Shown in pieces: positions 27,731 to 37,629 of a stretch of 64,000 nucleotides of DNA (its first letter is position 1; each line of letters begins with the position of its first letter). Location of the stretch: IMG/VR virus record IMGVR_UViG_3300010354_004913, positions 27,226 to 91,225 of that record. One strand, 5' to 3'. Below the pieces are notes generated by a model. It worked only from the letters and a program-made list of their open reading frames with translations, was not told the DNA's origin and made no database searches. The position numbers and the translations under genes are program-made. Source of the stretch: a virus.

Positions 27731-28759
27731 ATGACTAAACGTATCGGCTTCGCATGTAAATGGATCGATCATACTCGTCAAGTAGACGGTATCAAACCTA
27801 AAGATGACTGTAAAAAATATAATACAGGCACTACTACCGTTGCTTGGTTAAATAGACAAAGCAAGGATGTAGCAGTAGAAAAACTGTGGAATCTAATGAA
27901 GCAGAACATTGAAAGCACTCGCTTGCTAGTTGAGAAGGTGGGTAGTTTAGATGAAAATTTGCGAATGGTACGACTCAGTAGCGATATCCTTCCTGTGTAC
28001 ACTGAGTCAACTTGGTCTTGGTATTATAGGTCAGCCGATGTCAGAGATTACGCCCAAAGACATTTCAGAGCCGTGGGAGATATCGCTCGCAAGATGGGTG
28101 TTCGGCTTAGTTTTCATCCTGGGCAGTTTTGCGTCCTTGCTTCTGATAATGAAGATATTGTAAATAGAAGCATAGAGGAGTTTGAATATCATGTGGATAT
28201 GGCCCGTTGGATGGGATACGGCAACACATTTCAGGACTTTAAGATCAACGTCCACATCGCGGGTAGAGCCGGTCCCGAAGGTATCAAACGTGCTCTTTTA
28301 CGACTCAGTCCAGAAGCAAGAAATACCATTACCATCGAGAACGACGAAATCTCATGGGGCATTGACGCAAGCCAAGAGCTTGCCAACCACTGTGCCCTTG
28401 TACTCGACATACACCATCATTGGGTCCATACTGGAGAGTACATTCGACCCACCGACGATAGATATTTACGCATGATTGAAAGCTGGCGCGGAGTTCGTCC
28501 AGTTATTCATTATAGTGTTAGTAGAGAAGATCTATTAGTTAGTCACTGCAACAAAACAATGCCTAATTTAGAATTGCTACTAGAAAGCGGTTACAAAAAA
28601 CAAAAACTCAGAGCACATTCTGACTTTTATTGGAATCAAAAAGCCAACGAATATGCGCTGAGTTTCTTAGCAGTAGCCGATATTATGTGCGAAAGCAAAG
28701 CTAAGAATTTGGCTAGCTTTTCGCTACATAGTCAAGCAAAAGCATTAGGACTTTGCTGA
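27731..28759 (+). CDS. uvsE: UV damage endonuclease
   Basis: IGFACK, RLSSD, RLSFHPGQF, NVH, IENDE, LDIHHH, HYS, AHSD, MCESKAKNLA. Confidence 0.93.
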   Translation: MTKRIGFACKWIDHTRQVDGIKPKDDCKKYNTGTTTVAWLNRQSKDVAVEKLWNLMKQNIESTRLLVEKVGSLDENLRMVRLSSDILPVYTESTWSWYYRSADVRDYAQRHFRAVGDIARKMGVRLSFHPGQFCVLASDNEDIVNRSIEEFEYHVDMARWMGYGNTFQDFKINVHIAGRAGPEGIKRALLRLSPEARNTITIENDEISWGIDASQELANHCALVLDIHHHWVHTGEYIRPTDDRYLRMIESWRGVRPVIHYSVSREDLLVSHCNKTMPNLELLLESGYKKQKLRAHSDFYWNQKANEYALSFLAVADIMCESKAKNLASFSLHSQAKALGLC

Positions 28760-29077
28760 CTTAGGTTTACGGCCTGGCTTTTTGCCGACTGTTTTCTTTT
28801 CGCCTGCTGGTTTTTGGCTAGCAGGCTTTTTCTTTGCTTTCATAGCTGCAGGCTTGGCCTGTGTTACAGCGTCAGTTATTTGATCATTAACCGCAGCAGG
28901 GAATGCTTTACATTCGTTACCGTCTGGTTGAGTCACGCTGTCGCTACACTGTGGGTTTACTGGTTTTGATTCAACTATAGGTGCTTCTACCTTGTAAGGT
29001 GCTGCCGCCTCTGCTTTGGCAGCAGCCTTTTCAGCCTCAGTCGGATAGCCTAATAATCGTTTAATAAAATTGAACAT
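28745..29077 (-). CDS. Ala/Lys-rich hypothetical protein
   Basis: GGAGG RBS and TATAAATA (29097-29104, -) upstream; basic C-terminal tail. Confidence 0.7.
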   Translation of the reverse strand: MFNFIKRLLGYPTEAEKAAAKAEAAAPYKVEAPIVESKPVNPQCSDSVTQPDGNECKAFPAAVNDQITDAVTQAKPAAMKAKKKPASQKPAGEKKTVGKKPGRKPKSAKS

Positions 29078-29099
29078 AATGTCCTCCTTAGGATTTTAT

Positions 29100-29387
29100 T
29101 TATAATCTGCTAATATCATCTAAGCTGCTAGCAGGTTTATCCCAAATAGTACGCCGTTCGGCGCCTTTTTTTTGAGCAAATCTTTTCGAGTCGCAATTAG
29201 GACAACAATGAAAATAGTTGTTGTTTAATCTTTTAGGACTGATTTTTTCCTTAAGTCTTTGAAAGATTTTGCTGCAGTTATCACACCTAAAATAAACCCA
29301 TGTTCTTAGGCGGGAATATACATGCACGTTTCCTAGTTTGCTAGTCCTTTTGTGTACACATTCTTCTTGACGTTGTTCTAAGTACAT
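29100..29387 (-). CDS. Small zinc-finger protein
   Basis: CDNC...HCCPNC; TAAATA-N5-ATG at 29398-29387. Confidence 0.6.
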   Translation of the reverse strand: MYLEQRQEECVHKRTSKLGNVHVYSRLRTWVYFRCDNCSKIFQRLKEKISPKRLNNNYFHCCPNCDSKRFAQKKGAERRTIWDKPASSLDDISRL

Positions 29388-29445
29388 AATGTTATTTACA
29401 TTAAGGTTATAAAATATACGGCTAAATATTCTAAAAGGACTATAA

Positions 29446-29799
29446 ATGATTACTCTCACTGACTCTTCTGTGGCTAAAATCAAAGATCTACTAGCAGAAG
29501 AAAATAATCCAAATATTAAACTTAGAGTGTTTGTACAAGGTGGCGGCTGTTCAGGTATGCAATACGGCTTCACTTTTGACGAAGATCAAGGTGACGATGA
29601 CTTTGTCGTTGAAAAAGATGGAGTAATTTTGCTTGTTGATTCGATGAGCATGCAATATTTAAACGAAGCAGTAGTAGACTACAAAGACGATATCATGGGA
29701 TCTAACTTTACTATTAAAAATCCAAACGCACAAACTACTTGCGGGTGCGGATCTAGTTTTAGTGTAGCAGATGAATTTCATGATCAAGTAGGGGCATAA
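29446..29799 (+). CDS. erpA: A-type Fe-S cluster carrier (ErpA/IscA)
   Basis: GGGCSGMQY and CGCGSSF motifs; GCTAAATA upstream. Confidence 0.9.
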   Translation: MITLTDSSVAKIKDLLAEENNPNIKLRVFVQGGGCSGMQYGFTFDEDQGDDDFVVEKDGVILLVDSMSMQYLNEAVVDYKDDIMGSNFTIKNPNAQTTCGCGSSFSVADEFHDQVGA

Positions 29800-29800
29800 C

Positions 29801-32800
29801 ATGGCAAGAGAAAATATAGATATTGGTATTCAAGGTAACGACGGTACCGGCGACAGTATAAGAGAAAGTTTTAGAAAAGTTAACGAAAACTTTAAACAAC
29901 TTTTTGCTGTTTTTGGCCAAGTTGATCGTATTGCTTTTACAGACCTAGACGACACTCCATCAAGTTACGACCCCGATACTGTTATAGTTGCTAATTCAGA
30001 CGGTACAGCATTATTAGCCAAGAAAATTGTTGGCGGTACTGGTATTGAAATTGACAACGCCGACGAAACAGAAGTTAGAATTATTAACACTGGCGGTACC
30101 GTAAGTTCAGATCCAACTCCTGAATTAGGAGGTCATTTAGACGGCACTGGAGCATTTTCTATTGTTAGAGTGGTAGACCCTGATGAAACTATTGCTGGCA
30201 ATATTTCTTTAGATAGAAGCATACCAGTTACTGCTGACGACATGGTAATGAGTAGAGGTTACGCCGATCGACGTTACCTTCAAAGTGGCGGAGTCCCTGG
30301 ATTAGGCAGTCAAGTACGTGTTAGAGATGAGCCGCCTGGCACTTCTCAATATACAAAAACTGTTGTTGACTGGGTAAACGGATATGCTGTAGTTACAAAT
30401 CATGGATTTAACACAGGATCTAACGGAGTCGCATTTCGATATTTTGCTCAAAATACTCCAGCATCAAATTTAATAAATGGTGGTACTGTATACTTAAGAT
30501 ACATAGATGCAAACAAATTAGGAATTTATGCCACTCAAGCAGATGCTATTAACAATGAAAACAGAATTCCTGTAAATACTCCAGTCATTATAAACAGAGG
30601 AACTGAAACTCTAGTAGACTTTTACTATGACGATGAGCTTTTAGGAAATTGGGTCAGTAATGAAGCTTTGCCTAGAAAGTCTGTTGTACGTAGGCAAGGA
30701 GATGTTATGGAAGGTGCGCTTATTCTTAGCGACCATCCTGGCACACTTGCAGGTGCCGGAGCACCTAATGGACAAGACGATCTCCAAGCAGCTACAAAGT
30801 TTTATGTAGATAATTCAAGTTATACTTCTGAATCAAATTTATTTGTCAGTACAACTGGTGATGACTTACAAATCAGTACTCCGCCCGGAAAAGAAGGAAG
30901 AGCATTTAGTTATGCTTATGCTACAGTAGGTGCAGCCTGTGCTCGAGCAGAAGAAATTATCAACGCAGCATTAACTGAACCAGGACCTTATCGACAAGAA
31001 CTTACTTATAGTAATGTTACTAATTTAGCTTACCTTAATTCTATAGGTGGTTACAGTCCTAGTCCTACTGTAGTTGCTAGAACTTTATATGTATATACTG
31101 GCGGTATAGGGGTAGATCAAAGTAAACTTGTATCTAATAGAGACCTGCGTGAAGGTAGTATTATCAAAGGTCTATCAAGCGGCGCAACAGCTAAAGTAAT
31201 TACCTATGACGGATTTGGCTTAGGTCCAACTAATACCGATGATGTGTACCAAGTAGAATTATTACATTATGACTCAGATATAACTAATTTTAAAACTGAT
31301 TTTAAATTTGCTGCTTCTAAAATTCTTTCTAATAAAGATTTTATTGCAGCAGAAACTGTGGCATATGTTCAAGACAAATATCCAAGTTTAACATTTGACG
31401 CAGTAAAATGTAACAGAGATGCTAGACTAATTGTCGATGCGCTGGCCGCCGATTTAAGGTTTGGCGGTAATAATCAAACTATTAAAGCAGGTAGGTCTTA
31501 TTTTAATGGTAACAGCAGTGTGTTACTGTCTGGGCAAGTAGCTCCAACAGCCGACGGTGTTGATTATATCAAACAATTGGCACAAGCGGTAATTGCTAAT
31601 ATTGACATACCTGTATCAGTCACATCTATAGATTTTGGAACTAGAACAACTACTCCACAAGTTATAGATACCTCGATAGAAGGAGAAGAAGGATCTAGTA
31701 TAATCATTGGCAGATTAATTGATGCCATTGAAGGTATAATAATTGACGGGCCAAATAATAAGAGTAAATTATTAGAATTTATTCCAGGTGAAAATTTAGA
31801 GTTTGGTCAACCCGTACCAGAAACACAAATTACCATAAGAGTAGAAAGCGGTATTTACTACGAGCAACTTCCCATTAGAGTTCCTACTAACGTATCGATT
31901 AAAGGTGATGAATTCCGTAGAAGTATTATTAGGCCTGCGCCAGGTCAAAGTCAAAGTCCATGGGCAGGAATTTATTTTTACAGAGACGATACATTTGATG
32001 GACTAACTAGGACATATACTTCTTCTGCGTTAGTTTGTTCTACTAATGAAGTAACAACAGTTAGTTCATTAGGCGACGGAACCACAGCAACTATTAATTT
32101 TGCTACACAAGCCTCAGTTCCGTTTGCTAGCGGAACAAGAATTTTTCTAACCGGAGCAAGCATAGACGCATTTAATGGACATCACGTAGTAATTACAGGT
32201 ACTACAAGTTCTATAACATTTGCTAGCACAGCCACAGGAAATATTGGTTCTTCGGGTAAAGTTAAGGGAACTATCGTTAGTATCAGCGGCGGATCATTAA
32301 CCGGATTAGAAACAGAAATGTACCTAACCGTTACTGGGGGTGCTGGAGTATTTGAACCTAACACGCAAGTTACAAGGCTTCTTAGCCCAAGCAGTTTTGA
32401 AATTAATTTAGCTCCAAAAACAAAATTAACAGCATCGACTGTTCAAGGTTTAAACGGCAGCGGCCTTGCTCCAACTGGTAGAAATTTTGGTTATCACTAT
32501 CTAGTGGATCCCGCAGGAGAAAACGGAGTATTTGATCCTGCTGTTAGCAAGACTGGTGGACATAGTACTTCAGCTGGCATACTTACCACTAACAGAACAA
32601 GTATTCGAAATCAAGTCATTTCCTATATTGACACAACATTTCCCACTTTGATATACGACGAGGACTTGTGTAGTAGAGACGTAGGACTAATAGTAGATGC
32701 TATTGTCTATGACATTACCAACGGTGGAGTTTCTAGGTCGCTAGCGGCCGGTCATGCTTATAGAAGAAATGCCAGTGCTAGATTAGCTATTACTACACAG

Positions 32801-35800
32801 TTAACAGAAACACTAGCTGGAATTACATATATTAATACCGTAGCTCAAACTTTACTAGCAGCTCAACCTACTGCTGCTAAAGATATGGTAGCTGATCTTA
32901 TAGCTGGTATTAAAAATATTATTATAGGAACAAACAATCCTCCTAAATCAAACAAAGACATGGATGTCTTCTTGCTAAACGACGGAACTATTCTTAGAAA
33001 TATTACTGCTCAAGGTCATGGAGGATTTATGTGCGTACTTGACCCAGAAGGTCAAATTCAAACTAAATCTCCGTACTTCCAAACTAACACTTGTTTGAGC
33101 GGCAGTGTTAATAAAAAGAGTTTTAGAGGAGGTATGTTTATTGACGGCTTTAGTGGAAACTTGCCAGCAACTATTAATTCTAGAACTAACTCAACTACAT
33201 TAGTATTAGGTGGATTAACTGTAAGAGCTCCAGGAATTCCTACTTCTTTTGTTATAGAAGGAATACGTTATCAAATTAACGCAGTAAGTAATTATGACAG
33301 AGTAGCTGGAACATGTACTGTTAAATTAGATGCTAGCACTCCATTTCCAGTAAACAATCCTAGTACAAGTTCTCCGTGGGCATATCCATATAGTATCATT
33401 ATAGGTACTCCAGGTAATAAATCTATGTTGGCCAACGACTTTACACAGGTAAATGACTTAGGCTACGGAGTTGTTGCTACTAATAACGGATTAAGTGAAC
33501 TAGTGTCAGTATTCACGTATTATAATTGGACCAGCTACTATTCAGTCAACGGAGCACAGATACGTTCATTAAATGGTTCAAGTTGTAATGGAGTTTATGG
33601 TCTTAGATCAGCAGGCAGAGATCCTAATGAAGTACCCGATCCTGTAGTGTTAGCTGATGACTTAGTTCAAGCTGCAAAAATTGTAAAAAGAACAAACTTT
33701 GCTTCTAAAAACTTAGCAGGTGAAACATCTATCTATATTGACTATTACAATTATATTCCGTATAATGTTTCCGAAGTTGAAATTGATCATACTCCAACAA
33801 GACAAAGCGCCGCAGAAAATTCTGTAGAACTTCCCAATAACATAACATTGGTAACAGCAGGTGGAGGTTATGCTGTAAATGAAATACTTACTATCAGCGG
33901 TGGTACTGTTATTCCAGGTCAACAGGCCACACAACTTATAGTAAAAACAATTTCAGGTGGTGGTCCTACTGGTCCAATTGCCACATTTGAATTAATCAAC
34001 CCCGGTAGATATAGTATACCGCCAACAGGAGGAACATTTGGAAATCCTATTACTAGTGGAATAGTTACTACTAGTTCGTCTGGTTCTGGATCAGCAGCGA
34101 CATTTAATATGACCTTTAGAGGTCCTGTAGCACTATATGAAATTTCTAATCTTGAACTAACAACCATGGTTGGCCAGGGCTTAGACTCAGGTGGTATCAT
34201 AATTTCAAAGACGGTACTTAAATTAAATCTAAACACACAGGGTCGAGCTGATGCCAGCACATCACTGATTTCTGACTTAATTGACGGTCAAGACATTATT
34301 ATAAGAAGTTTGCAAAATGTTAGATTTAGTGGCATTGAAGAGGTTCAACCAACTAGACCTAGCACAGCTTTAGAATTTAATGCCAGCTATGAAGATTCTG
34401 TGTATAGAACGCTGGCTTACAATTTAAGTTTTCCGACTGGGGCTTCATTACCTGCGAACCAAGCTGTGTTACAATTTGATAGAAGCATAGACTATCTCAT
34501 TGTTATTACTAATCCTGGTAAGATAGCCGATACAGATTATGTAGCCGGTGCTCCAAAAACTATGGGGTCAAAAGCTGGGGATACTAGAATAGCAATACAA
34601 CCTATTGGTACTCAGGCTGTAATTGACAAAATTGACTCTGGACAATATGTTACAGTAATCAACGGCCGAGCTCATATAATAAGCAATTATAATCCTCCAA
34701 ATCCAGGTTTAGGTCAAAGCGCATGGATTGAAATAAGTGAAAAGGCCTACGGTGACGGATCTAATTATCCTGTAACTGTTGCCGGCTTAGAGCCAAGAGA
34801 CCATGCTTCTAGTACTTTTAGTGCATTGCCCGTTACGGAACAAAGAACATTACGTGCTGGTTTACAAGAAGGCGAAAATGCTGAAATTACAGTTAATATT
34901 AGCACTTGTCGTGCTACAGGACATGACTTCTTAGATGTAGGCTCTGGTAGCTTTAATCAAACAAATTATCCAGGAAACATTTACGGTAGTCCTACTGAAA
35001 CTCCAACACAAGAAAACGAAGTTATAGAAGAAACACAAGGTCGTGTATTTTATGTTTCAACAGACCAAGATGGTATTTTTAGGGTAGGAAGATTCTTTGA
35101 AGTTGATCAAGGTACAGGTACAATTAAATTTAGTGCCAGTATTTCTCTAAGTCAATTAGACGGTATTGGTTTTAAACGAGGTATTGTTGTTAAAGAGTTT
35201 TCTAACAATCCAACATTTCCAAGTGCCAAAGAAGATGCTGTTCCCACTGAATTTGCTGTACAAGGATATATTGATAGACGACTAGGATATACTAGAGATG
35301 GAACTGTGGTTACTAGTTCTGAAAGATTGCCGCCCGGTGGTGGATACTTGCCTATAACTTTACCAGGAGGCACAGTAACTTTAGAAGCTAATTTACAAAT
35401 GAGTACATTACCTGGTGGTAAGAAAATTGTAAATCTTCAAGATCCAACTGATGCTAAAGATGCTGCTACTAAAAATTATGTAGATACACAAATTGCTGCA
35501 ACTGATTCTCTAGTAGAATTAAAAGAAGTTAATATAATGACTCCTAGTGATGGTCATTTAGCATTCTTTACACAGACTGGCCAAATGATGAATGCTGTAG
35601 TTACAGGGGATGTAGCTCTTACTCTAACCAGTGCTAATATTGCTACTCTTGTTGGAGGTATAACAACACCTCCAACTATTGATGCTGGTATTATTGGAAC
35701 AACTCTGTCTTCAGTTAGTAATGGTATTGTAGTTAATGAAGATATTAGTGCCTGGCCAGCAGCTGGTCATTTTAGAATTGGAAATGAAATATTTAAGTAC

Positions 35801-37303
35801 AATTCTAAAACAGATGTAGCTAAACGTTTTGACAATATCACAAGAGCTAAATTTGAAACTACTGGAGCTATACATGCTGTCGGCGCTGATGTAATATGTT
35901 TAGACGACAGCGAATTAGAGCTACAGATTATACCAGGCGCTATAGAAAACGCAGATGTTAATTCTGCTGCTGGTATTGAACAAAGCAAATTGCTAATGAC
36001 CATAGCTAATACTTTGGCAGCAGCACCAACTGGTACAGCTCAAGTTATACAAGCTGCTAATGGTTTGTCAAGTTTTGACGAAGATAACTTTGAAGTTACC
36101 AATGGATGGGTCGGAATTAAAGCAGGTGGTGTGTCTTTAGCAGAAATACAAAATATTGCCGATGGTAAAATTTTAGGTAACCTAAGCGGTTCTGCTGCGG
36201 CACCTCAAGAAATTACCACAGCAACAATTGTTACTAATGGTATTGATACTACATTTGTAAACAACATGAGTACAGTAGGTGCTGATGTATTAGTCAAACA
36301 ATATAATAGATTAAAACCTACAGCTACCTTTGTGTCAATAACTGGTAATGTTAATATAGCACAATGGGGTGGTGGTTCGGGAACTATATCTAACGTTCCT
36401 GTTACTAAATTAACAGGTACAGGAAACGGTTTAATTGTTAATATAGGATTTAGTGCTGGTGTATATAATGGTGTTACAGTAATACATGGCGGTACTGGAT
36501 ATGCTGACGGTGATCAACTGTTCATAGATGGTCGACTATTAGGAGGAATATCTGGAGGAGTTGGTATTGGCAATGACTTAACATTTACTGTTGAATCAGG
36601 TGTTAACAATATTGACGGTACAGTTTATTACGGATTGAGTAAAGTAAGCCAAACAGCATTAGCAAATGCTATAGTTAAAACTGATTCTACTGGCAATTTA
36701 GGTAATGTTGTTAATAAATTTAATAATATTTTTGCTACTAACTTTACAGGATCATTCCTGGGAACTTCCGGTATAACAATTAATAAGTTTGACAGTGATG
36801 CTACATTTACCGCAGCCGATGATACTACAGTTCCAACTAAGAAAGCAGTGAAAGACTGGATAAACGGCAGAATAACTACGGATAATACGTTCCCAGTGGG
36901 CGATGTTGCTAAATTACCTACACAAGGTGCTGTTAAAGATTATGTATCAGCACTTATCACCGGTGGCGGTACAGTAGCTAACATTCAATCGTTTAGTATT
37001 GCGGCAGCAATTACTGCTTCAGGCAGCGATCAAGCTACTGCTACAGTGTTAAACAAAACAATTAATGTAATCACTGTGGCTGATCCTCTTACAGGAGTAA
37101 AACTGCCAACTGCTAGTGCAGGTAATATTTTAATTATACGAAATCAAACAGCTAATGATTCGTTATATGTTTACCCCGATGTTGGAGCTAAGATCGGATT
37201 AGGTGGCGAGAATGACAGTATTAGTTTACCATCGAACGCATCCTTGTTATTCTTTGCCACAACGGGAACTCAGTGGCACTTACTAAATGCTGCATTCGCA
37301 TAA
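29801..37303 (+). CDS. Giant (2500 aa) baseplate/tail-fibre structural protein
   Basis: N-terminal gp9/gp10-like 'GNDGTGDSIRESFRKVNENF'; AATKxYVD repeats; two 'C.RD..LIVDA' repeats; Gly/Thr-rich beta modules. Confidence 0.75.
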   Translation: MARENIDIGIQGNDGTGDSIRESFRKVNENFKQLFAVFGQVDRIAFTDLDDTPSSYDPDTVIVANSDGTALLAKKIVGGTGIEIDNADETEVRIINTGGTVSSDPTPELGGHLDGTGAFSIVRVVDPDETIAGNISLDRSIPVTADDMVMSRGYADRRYLQSGGVPGLGSQVRVRDEPPGTSQYTKTVVDWVNGYAVVTNHGFNTGSNGVAFRYFAQNTPASNLINGGTVYLRYIDANKLGIYATQADAINNENRIPVNTPVIINRGTETLVDFYYDDELLGNWVSNEALPRKSVVRRQGDVMEGALILSDHPGTLAGAGAPNGQDDLQAATKFYVDNSSYTSESNLFVSTTGDDLQISTPPGKEGRAFSYAYATVGAACARAEEIINAALTEPGPYRQELTYSNVTNLAYLNSIGGYSPSPTVVARTLYVYTGGIGVDQSKLVSNRDLREGSIIKGLSSGATAKVITYDGFGLGPTNTDDVYQVELLHYDSDITNFKTDFKFAASKILSNKDFIAAETVAYVQDKYPSLTFDAVKCNRDARLIVDALAADLRFGGNNQTIKAGRSYFNGNSSVLLSGQVAPTADGVDYIKQLAQAVIANIDIPVSVTSIDFGTRTTTPQVIDTSIEGEEGSSIIIGRLIDAIEGIIIDGPNNKSKLLEFIPGENLEFGQPVPETQITIRVESGIYYEQLPIRVPTNVSIKGDEFRRSIIRPAPGQSQSPWAGIYFYRDDTFDGLTRTYTSSALVCSTNEVTTVSSLGDGTTATINFATQASVPFASGTRIFLTGASIDAFNGHHVVITGTTSSITFASTATGNIGSSGKVKGTIVSISGGSLTGLETEMYLTVTGGAGVFEPNTQVTRLLSPSSFEINLAPKTKLTASTVQGLNGSGLAPTGRNFGYHYLVDPAGENGVFDPAVSKTGGHSTSAGILTTNRTSIRNQVISYIDTTFPTLIYDEDLCSRDVGLIVDAIVYDITNGGVSRSLAAGHAYRRNASARLAITTQLTETLAGITYINTVAQTLLAAQPTAAKDMVADLIAGIKNIIIGTNNPPKSNKDMDVFLLNDGTILRNITAQGHGGFMCVLDPEGQIQTKSPYFQTNTCLSGSVNKKSFRGGMFIDGFSGNLPATINSRTNSTTLVLGGLTVRAPGIPTSFVIEGIRYQINAVSNYDRVAGTCTVKLDASTPFPVNNPSTSSPWAYPYSIIIGTPGNKSMLANDFTQVNDLGYGVVATNNGLSELVSVFTYYNWTSYYSVNGAQIRSLNGSSCNGVYGLRSAGRDPNEVPDPVVLADDLVQAAKIVKRTNFASKNLAGETSIYIDYYNYIPYNVSEVEIDHTPTRQSAAENSVELPNNITLVTAGGGYAVNEILTISGGTVIPGQQATQLIVKTISGGGPTGPIATFELINPGRYSIPPTGGTFGNPITSGIVTTSSSGSGSAATFNMTFRGPVALYEISNLELTTMVGQGLDSGGIIISKTVLKLNLNTQGRADASTSLISDLIDGQDIIIRSLQNVRFSGIEEVQPTRPSTALEFNASYEDSVYRTLAYNLSFPTGASLPANQAVLQFDRSIDYLIVITNPGKIADTDYVAGAPKTMGSKAGDTRIAIQPIGTQAVIDKIDSGQYVTVINGRAHIISNYNPPNPGLGQSAWIEISEKAYGDGSNYPVTVAGLEPRDHASSTFSALPVTEQRTLRAGLQEGENAEITVNISTCRATGHDFLDVGSGSFNQTNYPGNIYGSPTETPTQENEVIEETQGRVFYVSTDQDGIFRVGRFFEVDQGTGTIKFSASISLSQLDGIGFKRGIVVKEFSNNPTFPSAKEDAVPTEFAVQGYIDRRLGYTRDGTVVTSSERLPPGGGYLPITLPGGTVTLEANLQMSTLPGGKKIVNLQDPTDAKDAATKNYVDTQIAATDSLVELKEVNIMTPSDGHLAFFTQTGQMMNAVVTGDVALTLTSANIATLVGGITTPPTIDAGIIGTTLSSVSNGIVVNEDISAWPAAGHFRIGNEIFKYNSKTDVAKRFDNITRAKFETTGAIHAVGADVICLDDSELELQIIPGAIENADVNSAAGIEQSKLLMTIANTLAAAPTGTAQVIQAANGLSSFDEDNFEVTNGWVGIKAGGVSLAEIQNIADGKILGNLSGSAAAPQEITTATIVTNGIDTTFVNNMSTVGADVLVKQYNRLKPTATFVSITGNVNIAQWGGGSGTISNVPVTKLTGTGNGLIVNIGFSAGVYNGVTVIHGGTGYADGDQLFIDGRLLGGISGGVGIGNDLTFTVESGVNNIDGTVYYGLSKVSQTALANAIVKTDSTGNLGNVVNKFNNIFATNFTGSFLGTSGITINKFDSDATFTAADDTTVPTKKAVKDWINGRITTDNTFPVGDVAKLPTQGAVKDYVSALITGGGTVANIQSFSIAAAITASGSDQATATVLNKTINVITVADPLTGVKLPTASAGNILIIRNQTANDSLYVYPDVGAKIGLGGENDSISLPSNASLLFFATTGTQWHLLNAAFA

Positions 37304-37313
37304 GGATTAAAAC

Positions 37314-37628
37314 ATGGCCAAACAAACAATTAATTTAGGAACACCAGACAAAGGCAACGGTGATCCGTTGCGTGTGGCATTTAATAAAGTCAACAGTAAT
37401 TTTACAGAACTTTATACGCTTACTGGTGGAACTGCTGCTGATTTAAAAGAATTAGCACAAGACTATGCGGCAGAAATGTTTACTAATGGCAATCATAGTG
37501 GTATGACCATTGTTTATAATGATGCTGCTAATACATTAAACTTAATTAATGACTTAAATATAGATGGAGGCGCTGCTTCCACAGTCTATGACAATTCAGA
37601 CTTTGTAGTCGATGGGGGCGGAGCATAA
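37314..37628 (+). CDS. Short gp9/gp10-N-like structural adaptor
   Basis: MAKQTINLG...GDPLRVAFNKVNSNF; ends in DGG motifs. Confidence 0.65.
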   Translation: MAKQTINLGTPDKGNGDPLRVAFNKVNSNFTELYTLTGGTAADLKELAQDYAAEMFTNGNHSGMTIVYNDAANTLNLINDLNIDGGAASTVYDNSDFVVDGGGA

Positions 37629-37629
37629 A

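Noticed and set aside
29388-29573. N-terminal extension of ORF 29100-29573
   Set aside because: Antisense to erpA; the better start is ATG 29387 after TAAATA
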